DNA from: a virus
Length of the DNA stretch: 64,000 nt
Direction: 5' to 3' (one strand)
Virus record (IMG/VR): IMGVR_UViG_3300031553_000354
Coordinates: 8,787 to 72,786 of that record
The notes under the pieces were generated by a model, which was not told the DNA's origin, did no database searches, and saw only the letters and a program-made list of their open reading frames with translations. The position numbers and the translations under genes are program-made. This document shows positions 46,864 to 57,990 of the stretch, one piece after another (the stretch's first letter is position 1; each line of letters begins with the position of its first letter).

Positions 46864-49800
46864 ATGAAAACATATCATCCACTTGAATTTGCTCCTGGAG
46901 TACATGGCGGTTATGATAACCCCGATGATGCTAGAGATATAGTTCAGCCCCTTCTTGACCTATTAAATTATTTGAATCGATGGTGCCAAGATCAAGGGAT
47001 GAATCATATTATTATTACCTCTGGAAAACGGGGGGCAGAATATAATGCTCGCATTGGAGGGAGTCTAACAAGTTATCACCTAACAGGACATGCAGCAGAT
47101 ATTGCAGTAATTGGGCGATATAATAGATGGGAACAAGCAATAATTTATAATTGGTTGCATACTTTATATACTAAACAGCTTGCCCAAGTTATATATCATG
47201 GCACTGGTGGCAATTATCATCTGCATATAGGAATTCGCAAGGGATCTGAAGGAATGGGCCCGCTTTTGGAAACTGAAAGCAAAAGTGAAGGAATTATTGA
47301 AGAAAAAAAGCCTGGAACCAATCCTTGTAGCATTGTAAGTGATAATATCACGGGATATACTGAAATAATTGCAACTCAAATACCGCTTGATATTTATAAA
47401 ACAAGCTATAAATTGCTTCAGGATGTTACTGAAGAAGAAAAAACTGATCCATTGCTTGCATTGGCGCAGAAGCCGGGATCATTTAAATTTGGAACCATCT
47501 GGGTGACTGTGCCTCCTACATCAATTGCTTTTACCGAACAAAACAACATTGTTGGAATTCCAACTCTTCGCACCAAGGGCAACGTATATTGGAGAACCGG
47601 CACCAATTCAATAAACATAGATCTTGAATTTTTATTTCCAGGACTGATTCAGATTAATGATGAATTGAGACACATAGTCGCCCAAATTAAAAGGTGTCCA
47701 TTTTTACCTTTCGAAAATTATTATTTGCATTCATTAATATTTCCAGAATTAAAATCTGCTGAGCCCCAACCAGATATTCCATACGAATTTACCACGGAAG
47801 AAAAACCGCAATATGAAAAACAAACTGGCACCCAAGATAGACTTCAGCAGCAGCAATGGCGATTGAAGAACAAAAAGATCATGGATATAGTCAAATCCGG
47901 TGATGAAAAAAGCTTGAAAGAATTTATTGAAAATGGCAAAAAACATGGATATTTTACTCAAGATACTGAATCCCAAGAAGATAGAAAAAGAAGGACCGAA
48001 CAGCTCGAAAAGCTTCAAGAATGGATGAAAAAATATAGGCATATTGACGTAGATGATACTAGTGGATTGAGCTATAGAGATCAACAAATGATAGCAGCGA
48101 TACGGTCAATATCGATTTCTTCCGTTCCGGGATTTCCCAAAACCCTTCAAATGAATTGTTCCTGCGATATTTTTAATTATTTTCCTTATACATCTGCATT
48201 TAGTTTTATAGAAGATGAAACAAAAAAAGACACTCCAGTTTTCAATATTTCCAAAAGCGCCCTGTTTGGGAAATATTACAAAGGAATGCTTACCAGGAAT
48301 AATGCGCAAGAATTTAAAACCGCATTTGAATCGACAACGAAATTGGAAGCAGTTGGGTCTGATGAGCGCATGGATTATCTGTATTTAAGATATATTTATT
48401 CTGAGGAAATAAAAAATCGATCAATATTGGCCCAGAGAGCAATATTAGAATATATACAGGCGATTAAAAATTTCGGAGAAAGCTATGAGGCAGCCCCGGC
48501 CGCAGAATTATATCAAAATCTTTTTATATTTCTTACGCATCCCAGCTTCGGGGGCTGGCAAAATTTGGCTGATGTGCCCGGGAATGTGGTAGATGCTGTA
48601 AAAGAATTAGGAGAAGATGCCGTAATTGCAGGAAAAAGTATTATTGCTGTAATAAAATTTTATCAAGATTCCTTTGGAGAATATTTACTTGGAATAAGCG
48701 CGAACGATGAAATATATGTCATAGGTACCAGAAAAGGAAGAGAATATTTCCTTCCGCTTAAAGATGCAGTTAGAAATCCTCAATATCGGGCGAAATTATT
48801 ATCTTATATTAAAGAATATTCAGTTAAAATCAGTTCGTTACAATATAATCAGCGGGATTTAAAATTTGGAGATCAGGATTCTCAGATAGTTGGAATTTCG
48901 GCATCAACGCAAACGAAGCTTGTGCCCATGAATATATTGGCATTTACAAAGCCTACTTTTCAACATCTCGGAAATTCAGAATGGGTCGTCACATTGACAA
49001 TTGAAACATCAAGTCCAAATTTGATAAGAGAACTCCGCATGATGACCGAACGGCTTAATCAAACTGCATTATCACAGATTGCAGTATTGCCGGAAATTCG
49101 GGATTATGCAGATCTTTCTGCGCAAATTGTTGAAGGTCCATTTTTCAAACTTCTAGGAATAGAAAATGTAATTCCTGGCAATTTTAGATATTCGACGGTG
49201 GAAGGAAAGCCGGGCATATTTCATATTCAAATCGATTTTGTACAATCTGATTTGCAATTGAAAACATATGAAGCGCTTCAAGTTCCAGCATATTTCCCAT
49301 CTGATTTTATTAAGCATTTTATTAAGCTGATTCCAACTTCAGTGCTTAATCATATTTCTTCAAAGCTTGAAACTGATTGGGATAATTACCACATGGTTCA
49401 CGAATATAAAGTTGGTATTCGTCCCTTATCTCAAGCATTAGAAAGTTATCCAAGATGGTCCAAATTTTTATTTTACCTGTGTAAACCGATTCCAAAATCT
49501 TTATGTTCAGAATCAATTCCGGTATATAAATTTATTCTTAATAATATAGATTCTGAATTGCTTGCGAAAAAACAAGAAGAAGATTTATTTAAATGGGATT
49601 ATAAAGATATTCTTGCTTATGCTGGTACATATTTTGTTGCAAAATTCAAAGAAGGCCCAGGTCCCATCGCAGACATAAAGGCTCATTCAAGCGCATTGGC
49701 GGCAAAATTCACATTTACAAATTTGCTCAATACTACAATATTTGCAGCATATAAAGGGGCCGTTGGGCGCCAATTAAAAGCAATATTAAATGAAGCTTTA

Positions 49801-52800
49801 AATAAAGAAAATGTTCCACCTCAATTAGAAATTGATTCAACAGAAAACGGTCAAAGGCTTCTTGAACTATTGCGAGAATATCAAAACCGGCTTCATATTA
49901 GGAATTCGACGTATCCAGATCTAGAACTCCCAGTTGTTGCAGATTCTCCCGATTTTTGGTTTTTCCGAGAGCCATTATATAATGACACCATTCAAGAATT
50001 TGCCAATGCCATAGTCGATATACATGAAGATACAGCTCTTGAATTAGCAGAACTGAATTCTGCTAATAAACGTGGAAAAGCAACGATGCATTCGGCTAAA
50101 TTAAGACAAATAGCTAAAGAAGCTAAAGTCGGAGAAATTTTAGTTTCACAAAGACTTAAAAAAGTCCTACTGGACTATTTGGGAGACGCGAATGAAGACT
50201 TGCAATTCAATATGGAACGATCTAAAGATCTTAAAGAAAATGCAAATCTTATGATGGAAATAAAAAAGAGCGAATCCCAAAAATATTTAGGACGGGCGGA
50301 TGAAGCAACGCTACGGAGCAGATTGGCAAGAATCGAAGACGATATGAGATATTATGATGAATCAATAGGTGTTATCAATATAAAAGAATTGGATGATGTA
50401 GATTTCAATAATCCGGGTGATTTGTTGGATGTGGCAACAACTTTGGCAAAAACCTGGGGCATTTATACTCCAAGAGATGCTCAGCTTGAACGACAGATGC
50501 TTCAAGACGCTATGAAACTTGATGAAAATAAAACCTTAAGACTAGGGCGAGCATTCCCAACCTTTAAATTATATTTCATAGAAAAAGATAAAGAAGAATG
50601 GTTACTATTCGATGATTTTTATGGATATGATGCAGTGAAGGAAATTCAAATTAGAAAGACCCGAAAATCTCCGATTCACACTGCGATAGTTACGTTGTCG
50701 AATATCACAAATGTGCTTCAAGATATTCATGCCCCAAGGAGTGAAAATATTTCAAAATCAGAAACTGCGGAAGAACAGCCAAATGTTGATTCTATGATGC
50801 TTCAAGAAGGCTGTGAAATCATGATCAAAATGGGTTATGAAAATGATTCCAACAAATTAAAAATTGTGTTTCAAGGATCTATCGTGAGCATACAGCCCGG
50901 CCCGGAACTGCAATTTATTGCACAAGGATGGGGTGCGGAGCTTGCTCAGCCAATTCAGAATTTCAGTGTTGGAAAATGGAGCACAATAAGAGACTTCGGA
51001 GATGTATCAACCGCAATCTTAAATAAAGTTTCTGGATTAAGACATTTTGGAACAACGTATAATTTAGTGGAAATATTTGATGATTTGCCAAATGTTCAAT
51101 ATAATTCTGATCATCGGGAAACATATGTTGGTAGATTGAAGAATTGGTCACTTCAAGGATTGGGATTAAATCCACTGCTTGATCATAGAGACGATAATAT
51201 TTGGCTGCCATATCATACTCCTCCGACAATTTGGCCGCTGGTCCACATCATAGAGGGAAAAGGATTTGCATTTGATTGGAGAGTATATAATAAAACTGGT
51301 TGGGAGGCACTTGATGAGGTATTAAAGTACATGCCAGGATATATTATGAAAATTTTGCCTTATAATGAAGAGAATTTGCAATCTGCCAGATGCACATTAT
51401 ATATAGGTCCAAGAGATGGTTATTATATGGCAACGGATGATTCAGAAATTGTCGAAAGAACATCGGAACATGATAAATATCAAGAAGGAAGAAATAGATG
51501 GTATATACGTATTAAGGGCGTGAAAGCCCCAACAAAGCAGGAATTAATAATCAAATTAAAAAAGTTTAATGTAGATTATGAAGGCAGTGTACTTTTTAAA
51601 AAATTTGTGGATCGAAATATTGTTTGCCAAAATGGCGAATGTAGTTTGATGAAAGCAACTCCATTTAATCCGATAGTTGCTTATTGGAGCGAAGCACTAC
51701 TTGGGGGAGGAGAAGAATGCCCCAGGATCAATCAGGCCTATTTTGCAAGAGAATATTTTGATATTTTACAAGGATCTGGAATAATGCGTGGCATTATGAT
51801 ATATGACGCTTATGACAAACTTCATTTCGGAGATTTTAAAAGAGTCTATGGCAAAGCTAGCCTTTTTGAACGAATGACTGAAGGAGTAGAAAGATTTACC
51901 TATGGGAAAGATGATAATCCTAAAAGGTTGGCTGGAAAACATGGTTGGAAGCGCGCATGCAAAACTCATTTTATTGATAGTTATCATCATATAATTGAAA
52001 ATAATATGAAAGCTTCGCGCGAAAATATGTACAATAAAGTTCATTTAATTTATCCAAAGGGCGAACCTCAGATGGCAGCATTTGAAACGCAATTTTCAGC
52101 TGGAGATTTATCTGAATTCGAAATGCTTGCGGATGATAACATAAAGCCTGATATGATAAGAACCCATAAACTATTTTTTACAAACATAGACGTTGATCGA
52201 ACAAGAAATTTTGTGGATTCAATCAAAGCCATTCTTAAAGGCATCGGAGAAACCGTTGGACTTAATAGTCGCGGTAATTTTCCTGATATTCCGCCATATG
52301 CTGTAGTTGCGAATACAATACTCGCTGAAGATCTTAAAGATATGTATGACGGAGAAATTATCATATTACTCGATCCAAATATTGATGTACATGATGCCGT
52401 TTATATATATGATGATGTAAATGAAATTTATGGCCCAGTTGGGGTGAAAGAAGTTTACCATTACTTTTCCATGGAGCATGGGGCTTATACTGTGATTGTG
52501 CCGGATCTTATGTCATATCCCAGCAATCTAGAACAAACTGTTGAATTGGGCTATGCTTCAGCATTATATGCCGCATTAGTTAAAATAGTTCTTGGTGGAA
52601 TCATATTTGGCGGAGGGGCTTCACTTCTTGCTGGACAATTACTTGGACCATGGACTGGAATAGGAGTTGCAGGGTTTACTGCAACTTTTACATATAAATT
52701 AGCTTCATCCATAGGTTCTGGTGGGATAAATAAACTTATGGGAAGAGAAGGATCGGAATTTGTGCCAATATGGAGAAAAGGTGCCCCATTTCTTGCGGGA

Positions 52801-52962
52801 ATGGATGGATACAGAAAAGATGATCTTGTGGTTCATTATATGGATAAAATTACTCGAATAAGTGGAACATTTAAACAATTGAGTGCAAGTTTGATGGGAT
52901 TAAGGGATAAGCCGGAAGGCACCCAAATGCCATTGCCGCTTCTTGACTATAGGAGGGAATAA
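46864..52962 (+). CDS. Baseplate hub-like giant protein with an N-terminal Peptidase M15 (cell-wall peptidase) domain
   Basis: ITSGKR..YNARIGGSLTSYHLTGHAADI...HLHIG; C-terminal IKMGY, VFQGSI, FIAQGWG, GEIIILLDP.I...D.VYI hub-like motifs. Confidence 0.7.
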   Translation: MKTYHPLEFAPGVHGGYDNPDDARDIVQPLLDLLNYLNRWCQDQGMNHIIITSGKRGAEYNARIGGSLTSYHLTGHAADIAVIGRYNRWEQAIIYNWLHTLYTKQLAQVIYHGTGGNYHLHIGIRKGSEGMGPLLETESKSEGIIEEKKPGTNPCSIVSDNITGYTEIIATQIPLDIYKTSYKLLQDVTEEEKTDPLLALAQKPGSFKFGTIWVTVPPTSIAFTEQNNIVGIPTLRTKGNVYWRTGTNSINIDLEFLFPGLIQINDELRHIVAQIKRCPFLPFENYYLHSLIFPELKSAEPQPDIPYEFTTEEKPQYEKQTGTQDRLQQQQWRLKNKKIMDIVKSGDEKSLKEFIENGKKHGYFTQDTESQEDRKRRTEQLEKLQEWMKKYRHIDVDDTSGLSYRDQQMIAAIRSISISSVPGFPKTLQMNCSCDIFNYFPYTSAFSFIEDETKKDTPVFNISKSALFGKYYKGMLTRNNAQEFKTAFESTTKLEAVGSDERMDYLYLRYIYSEEIKNRSILAQRAILEYIQAIKNFGESYEAAPAAELYQNLFIFLTHPSFGGWQNLADVPGNVVDAVKELGEDAVIAGKSIIAVIKFYQDSFGEYLLGISANDEIYVIGTRKGREYFLPLKDAVRNPQYRAKLLSYIKEYSVKISSLQYNQRDLKFGDQDSQIVGISASTQTKLVPMNILAFTKPTFQHLGNSEWVVTLTIETSSPNLIRELRMMTERLNQTALSQIAVLPEIRDYADLSAQIVEGPFFKLLGIENVIPGNFRYSTVEGKPGIFHIQIDFVQSDLQLKTYEALQVPAYFPSDFIKHFIKLIPTSVLNHISSKLETDWDNYHMVHEYKVGIRPLSQALESYPRWSKFLFYLCKPIPKSLCSESIPVYKFILNNIDSELLAKKQEEDLFKWDYKDILAYAGTYFVAKFKEGPGPIADIKAHSSALAAKFTFTNLLNTTIFAAYKGAVGRQLKAILNEALNKENVPPQLEIDSTENGQRLLELLREYQNRLHIRNSTYPDLELPVVADSPDFWFFREPLYNDTIQEFANAIVDIHEDTALELAELNSANKRGKATMHSAKLRQIAKEAKVGEILVSQRLKKVLLDYLGDANEDLQFNMERSKDLKENANLMMEIKKSESQKYLGRADEATLRSRLARIEDDMRYYDESIGVINIKELDDVDFNNPGDLLDVATTLAKTWGIYTPRDAQLERQMLQDAMKLDENKTLRLGRAFPTFKLYFIEKDKEEWLLFDDFYGYDAVKEIQIRKTRKSPIHTAIVTLSNITNVLQDIHAPRSENISKSETAEEQPNVDSMMLQEGCEIMIKMGYENDSNKLKIVFQGSIVSIQPGPELQFIAQGWGAELAQPIQNFSVGKWSTIRDFGDVSTAILNKVSGLRHFGTTYNLVEIFDDLPNVQYNSDHRETYVGRLKNWSLQGLGLNPLLDHRDDNIWLPYHTPPTIWPLVHIIEGKGFAFDWRVYNKTGWEALDEVLKYMPGYIMKILPYNEENLQSARCTLYIGPRDGYYMATDDSEIVERTSEHDKYQEGRNRWYIRIKGVKAPTKQELIIKLKKFNVDYEGSVLFKKFVDRNIVCQNGECSLMKATPFNPIVAYWSEALLGGGEECPRINQAYFAREYFDILQGSGIMRGIMIYDAYDKLHFGDFKRVYGKASLFERMTEGVERFTYGKDDNPKRLAGKHGWKRACKTHFIDSYHHIIENNMKASRENMYNKVHLIYPKGEPQMAAFETQFSAGDLSEFEMLADDNIKPDMIRTHKLFFTNIDVDRTRNFVDSIKAILKGIGETVGLNSRGNFPDIPPYAVVANTILAEDLKDMYDGEIIILLDPNIDVHDAVYIYDDVNEIYGPVGVKEVYHYFSMEHGAYTVIVPDLMSYPSNLEQTVELGYASALYAALVKIVLGGIIFGGGASLLAGQLLGPWTGIGVAGFTATFTYKLASSIGSGGINKLMGREGSEFVPIWRKGAPFLAGMDGYRKDDLVVHYMDKITRISGTFKQLSASLMGLRDKPEGTQMPLPLLDYRRE

Positions 52963-52966
52963 TCAT

Positions 52967-53545
52967 ATGATAAAGTTTTTTTCTCACATTGAGGAATTCG
53001 ATGGGAAAACCAATCAGATTAAAGTGAAAGACGAAAAGGGAATTACTTATGTGGTTCCTCTTGCATTTGACGGCAATATGATAAGAATCGATAAAAATAC
53101 TCCTGTGATTGTTATAATGTCAGATCAAGCAATGAGTGATATTGATTTTGATACTGAACAAAGAATTAGAATTGACGCAGTTGCAATTCCAATTTATAAT
53201 AAAGAAAGATTAAATCCTGATGAAATTACTAATACTCGAAAGCAAATTGGAAAAATAGCTAATGGAAAAATCGAATCTTATGTAGAAACTGGGAAGTCGA
53301 TCCATATACATTCTGGTCATGTTGGAAATCAAACTTTGACTGTTACTGGTAATCAAACCATAGTCGAAGATGCCAAATTTATGAATCCAGATTTTTCCTA
53401 TGGCGATTTTGCTGCGCCTGAAAATTTTCTATTAAGATTCCGCCCAGATTTTCCATATATATTACCTGAGCTATTGCCAAATGCAGATATATTTAAAAAA
53501 GCTGCGAAATTGGGAAAAGCCCTGGTTAAATTAATGAGGAGTTAA
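52967..53545 (+). CDS. Putative baseplate spike/assembly protein
   Basis: AGGAGG SD before ATG 52967; beta-rich N-terminus; lies between hub and gp25-like gene. Confidence 0.4.
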   Translation: MIKFFSHIEEFDGKTNQIKVKDEKGITYVVPLAFDGNMIRIDKNTPVIVIMSDQAMSDIDFDTEQRIRIDAVAIPIYNKERLNPDEITNTRKQIGKIANGKIESYVETGKSIHIHSGHVGNQTLTVTGNQTIVEDAKFMNPDFSYGDFAAPENFLLRFRPDFPYILPELLPNADIFKKAAKLGKALVKLMRS

Positions 53546-53546
53546 A

Positions 53547-54017
53547 ATGGATACAGATATTTGTTTGTCGTATCAAGGCGGAGGGATTATTACAGATGAT
53601 GGGGATTTAAAGTTGACGCAAGATTTGGATGCCCTATCAAGAGAAGTTAGCAGAATAGTGCGAACGATTAATCCCGCATGGAAAATATATCCCAATATTG
53701 GCGCGGGACTAGAAGAATTTGTTGGAGAACCAAACATTCGCGGAACCGCTTTGGAGATTACGAAGCGTTTGAATTATATATTAAATCAAAATCAAATAGC
53801 GTATCCCGGGCGTTTATTTGCCCGAGTGGTTCCATCTGGAGATGAATCGCTATTAGTTTTCATTTTTTTGAAAGATAGCAAGGGAATAGTTCTTATTGAT
53901 CAAGAAGTATTTAATTTTACGGATGGTGTGGCCGGGCATATTTATGATCCGAGTGAGGTCAAAGAAATTGTGCCCAATACAAGACACGCTGTCCCGAAAA
54001 ATCCATACTTAAAGTAA
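53547..54017 (+). CDS. Baseplate wedge/sheath initiator (gp25/W-like)
   Basis: DGDLKL, RT...W..YP.IGAGLEEFVGEPN; precedes baseplate J. Confidence 0.75.
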   Translation: MDTDICLSYQGGGIITDDGDLKLTQDLDALSREVSRIVRTINPAWKIYPNIGAGLEEFVGEPNIRGTALEITKRLNYILNQNQIAYPGRLFARVVPSGDESLLVFIFLKDSKGIVLIDQEVFNFTDGVAGHIYDPSEVKEIVPNTRHAVPKNPYLK

Positions 54018-54026
54018 GGAGGTGAT

Positions 54027-55265
54027 TTGATGCGATTTTTAACCAAAACTCGCGACCAGTTGATGCAAGAATCCAAAAATTATTTGGTTGAAAACACCGA
54101 ACTTAGAAATTTCAAACCAGGCAGCGTAATCCGATCAATTTTAGAATCTATAAATGATCACATTGCGGAACAATATGAAATTATGACAATGAATTTGCTG
54201 CAAACATATGTAACAACTGCAGTGGGTGATGCGCTTGATGAAATTGGAGTCCTATTTGGTTTAACCAGAAATGAATCCCAACGAGCTGTAGATATGTCAC
54301 ATAATAATTTTAAATTTTATATCGATACATTAACTGGTTACATGGCTCAAACGTTGGCTTCTGAACAATATACCGCAAATCAAAATTCGGAAATTTCAGA
54401 AATATATGTGCATGAAAATAGCTTTACCATTCCTGCTGGAACTACAATATTTGCTGGTGACATTACATATAAAACTACTGAAGATGCAACATTTTCTGGA
54501 TCAATTACCGAAGTATATGTGCCAATTGTAGCATCTGGATATGGTCCAGCTTTTAATATTCCAGCGTATCGGTTGAAATCTTATACGTTAGGTGTGGAAT
54601 TTTCCATAATTTCAAAATATTTATATTGCGAAAATATTCAAACTGTAAATTCTGGTAAATTTCAAGAAAGCGATGACGAATTCAGATATAGAATAATTCA
54701 TGCTCACATAGATAGTGCCAAAGCTAATGAAACAAGTGTACGTTTGGCCGCCTTATCCATCCCAGGTGTAGTTGACGTGATTCTTCGGGAATATGCCGCC
54801 GGCATTGGAACATTCGCGGTTCATATTATTGCAGAGTCTCCCATCCCAAATGCTGGGCTGCTAAGTGCAGTTCAGCAGGCGGTCGATTCTGCAAGAGCAT
54901 TTGGAATTAAAGCATTAGTTCAATATCCAGATTATAAAGGATTTGAAGGAACATTTAAATTGAGATTTGTTCCTGAAACGAGCGCGGATGAAAAAGTTTT
55001 AATTATGCAGCAAGTTAGGATTGCAGCAGAATTATACATAAATAATTTAGGATTTGGTGGAGAAGTCATAGCTAATGAATTAATCCAGAGAATTATGGAA
55101 ATTAATGATAAAATTAAGGATGTTTCTGTTGTCGCGTTCGGCGCCGGAGATTACAATCCCATAACTGGAATTAATGAAAATTACAATCCATTGATTTTTA
55201 TGAATCAGACTTGTGATCAAGATGAAATATGTATCGCTACCCCTGGGGGCATCACTATTTGCTAA
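54027..55265 (+). CDS. Baseplate J-like wedge protein
   Basis: PGSVIRSI, TAVGDALD, IPAGT, ESDDEFRYRI, IPGV. Confidence 0.88.
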   Translation: MMRFLTKTRDQLMQESKNYLVENTELRNFKPGSVIRSILESINDHIAEQYEIMTMNLLQTYVTTAVGDALDEIGVLFGLTRNESQRAVDMSHNNFKFYIDTLTGYMAQTLASEQYTANQNSEISEIYVHENSFTIPAGTTIFAGDITYKTTEDATFSGSITEVYVPIVASGYGPAFNIPAYRLKSYTLGVEFSIISKYLYCENIQTVNSGKFQESDDEFRYRIIHAHIDSAKANETSVRLAALSIPGVVDVILREYAAGIGTFAVHIIAESPIPNAGLLSAVQQAVDSARAFGIKALVQYPDYKGFEGTFKLRFVPETSADEKVLIMQQVRIAAELYINNLGFGGEVIANELIQRIMEINDKIKDVSVVAFGAGDYNPITGINENYNPLIFMNQTCDQDEICIATPGGITIC

Positions 55266-55276
55266 AGAAAATATAA

Positions 55277-57079
55277 ATGTTTGAAATTTATAAAATATTA
55301 ATTGATAAACATTTTGAATATCCGCGTTGGATGAATGTGGGAAATAATCCAAAGGATCCAATCTATCAAGCTATAGATATACATAAAAATCTATCTCTTC
55401 ATATGACGTCGCAAGTGCAGCCACTGCTTGATATATTTCATTGGAACGAACCTGAATTCCAAACTATTGTTAATGAGTCTGGGAATTTTTTTGGAGATGG
55501 TTGGGAAATTGAAAATGTGATAGATTATTCCGATTATGAAACTGACATTCCCACAAATTTAGAATATGTATTGACATTTTCTGGAAAATTTCCTCCAAAT
55601 ATATATGAGGAAAATTTACACTCAATTTGCTATGTGGATGATCTATCCGGTTTCTTTTATGTTGCGGGCACTAGCGGCATCTATTCCATGGATTTGAGTG
55701 GTTCAATATATGATTCATATTATTATAATTCGCGCGCGGTTGAAGCGAAATTGAATATATTGGATGGAATGGCAGAATTAGATTGCGCGCCCATATCTGG
55801 CTCTTTCCACTTGTATAATATTTATGATCTTGATGCATTTGATAACGCAATTGAAGTGGATAAAAATCAGTATATTTTATCAGGTAATTATGTTTATGTC
55901 CCCAATATTAGCGGGGTTTATTTAGCTGAATATGCGTGTTACTTATATCAGCCGCCAATAAATTTGAAAACAAAGAAAAAACCATGGTGCCATTATTCAG
56001 ATAGTGGATTTTTAATATTTGGAAATTCATATGAATATGATGGTACACAGGTACATCTTGAAGATTGTGACATAGAATTGGGAGCAGACCGAGTATTTTC
56101 AGTTGTCCCATTTAATTGTAGACCATGGAAATCGTTGGAAATCTGCTACGAATATATAAGGCAATATTATGTTTCCTGGGATTCTTCCACGCGATTAATA
56201 ATACAACCGGTTTCAGGAGAAAGTTTTTATCCAAATCCTTCGGCGTTTTCTCAAACATTAAAAAGTGAAATAAATGCGTATTATTATGACGGGAAACTAT
56301 ATGGAGATTATATTCCTGGAAGTTCGATATATTATAAATTTGAAATCAGCGGAGATTATTCTGAAGAACTATTAGATATTTATCCAGTAAATGGCGGAAT
56401 TTTAGATCTTTTTTATTGGACGCATGGAAATATCTGTTATTCAGTATCTGGACACCATGCTTTAGAATATTCTGAATCTGGAGATATAGATAATTATGTA
56501 ATGGCTGGAAATCATTATGTTCCATCTACAATTGTTCAATTTTATGTAGATGACGAATTTAAAGAACAAGTTCGATCTGCACCCCTTAGTCGATTTTCTG
56601 CAAAGAAATTCATATATTGTGAAGGCATGACCAAATATTTTGATAAAATGTTTTTCTTGACCGATGAATTGATAATATATGATGACCATGGGAATCGTTA
56701 TTATATATTGACACAGGAACCAGAAATACATTATATTATTGATGAAAGTGGAAATATTTATAATCGATCATATATGCATTTAGAATATAATCCGGAAATT
56801 AAAGTAGTTGGATTGACGTCGGTTGGAGATTATTTGGTTATTGGTTTATATTATAAAAGATTTATGTTGATTTATTATAATCCAAGGACCGGAGAAAAAA
56901 TCGGCTACGAATTCCAATTCGAAGTGAATGATCCAAAAGATTTTACCATTGGATATGATCGATTATATGTTTTGGATGATAATAAAGTACATGAAATCAA
57001 ATTAAGGCATGATTATAGCATATACGTGAATAATGCGACATATCTACGAGAAAATTATAACAGAATATGGAAAGTTTAA
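55277..57079 (+). CDS. Baseplate/tail-associated structural protein, Ser-Gly rich
   Basis: Follows baseplate J; acidic and Tyr-rich; 14 SG dipeptides counted. Confidence 0.6.
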   Translation: MFEIYKILIDKHFEYPRWMNVGNNPKDPIYQAIDIHKNLSLHMTSQVQPLLDIFHWNEPEFQTIVNESGNFFGDGWEIENVIDYSDYETDIPTNLEYVLTFSGKFPPNIYEENLHSICYVDDLSGFFYVAGTSGIYSMDLSGSIYDSYYYNSRAVEAKLNILDGMAELDCAPISGSFHLYNIYDLDAFDNAIEVDKNQYILSGNYVYVPNISGVYLAEYACYLYQPPINLKTKKKPWCHYSDSGFLIFGNSYEYDGTQVHLEDCDIELGADRVFSVVPFNCRPWKSLEICYEYIRQYYVSWDSSTRLIIQPVSGESFYPNPSAFSQTLKSEINAYYYDGKLYGDYIPGSSIYYKFEISGDYSEELLDIYPVNGGILDLFYWTHGNICYSVSGHHALEYSESGDIDNYVMAGNHYVPSTIVQFYVDDEFKEQVRSAPLSRFSAKKFIYCEGMTKYFDKMFFLTDELIIYDDHGNRYYILTQEPEIHYIIDESGNIYNRSYMHLEYNPEIKVVGLTSVGDYLVIGLYYKRFMLIYYNPRTGEKIGYEFQFEVNDPKDFTIGYDRLYVLDDNKVHEIKLRHDYSIYVNNATYLRENYNRIWKV

Positions 57080-57082
57080 ATT

Positions 57083-57505
57083 ATGGCCGATGCCATTTTA
57101 GATTTCAGCTGGCATTATAACAATTATACTGGTGATTACGAATTGTCTTGGATACACACCTCTGGAGCCGGAGCATTATCTATTGGCATATCTGACAGTC
57201 AATTTTTGGATTTTGCAGATTGCGACAATATTGGAAATGCAACCTCTTATATATTTAGTGGCGATTTGAATGCATATTATATTGCAATTTATAAACCAGC
57301 TACTGATGGGGTCACAAAAATTAAAATTTATCCTCCTGGATTATTAATGCGTGGATATCAAGATGCCACCATTGGGAAGGATAACATTTTATATATCGCA
57401 TATGGTACGTGTTTATTAAAAATACAATTAAGATTTGATTTTTGCAAAGTTATTAATGGAAAGGTATATACAAAAGAATTATATAATCGGCTGGGAGTAT
57501 TTTAA
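57083..57505 (+). CDS. Structural protein; C-terminus paralogous to that of 55277
   Basis: KIQLRFDF...VYTKELYNRL vs EIKLRHDY...TYLRENYNRI. Confidence 0.55.
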   Translation: MADAILDFSWHYNNYTGDYELSWIHTSGAGALSIGISDSQFLDFADCDNIGNATSYIFSGDLNAYYIAIYKPATDGVTKIKIYPPGLLMRGYQDATIGKDNILYIAYGTCLLKIQLRFDFCKVINGKVYTKELYNRLGVF

Positions 57506-57507
57506 TA

Positions 57508-57990
57508 ATGATAGAATTTTATGATCCCAGTAGTGGAAATCTCATAACTATTTCCGGAATTGTATTTAGTGGAATAGAAGGAATAGATTGTCAAGTGCCA
57601 AATGGGGAATTTCAATCTAGAACCTACGACGGCGATGGATCGGAATTGAACAATACCAAATATATAAATAAATATTTTGCAGAATCTAATAGATCAATAA
57701 ATAGAAAGCTGACTGAGTTTGAAACTGAATATACGACAATTAAAATTACTGGTCTAGATGGGAATGAATATATTACCGCACATGGGGAAACCCAAACAGA
57801 GCCCCCGGCTGGAAGCGGAAATGCGGCGGTATATGCATTTTGTCCAGGATTTGAAGAATGGTATGAATTAGATAATTGTGCTGGAAAATCTATGAAATTA
57901 GATGTTAATGGCGGAATAACTTATATAGGTTTGTCTGTAAAGTTAATAAGAAACACAGATAATCCTATAATTAATTTTTTGATTTATTGA
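57508..57990 (+). CDS. Hypothetical structural protein
   Basis: 160-aa ORF in the baseplate operon. Confidence 0.55.
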   Translation: MIEFYDPSSGNLITISGIVFSGIEGIDCQVPNGEFQSRTYDGDGSELNNTKYINKYFAESNRSINRKLTEFETEYTTIKITGLDGNEYITAHGETQTEPPAGSGNAAVYAFCPGFEEWYELDNCAGKSMKLDVNGGITYIGLSVKLIRNTDNPIINFLIY

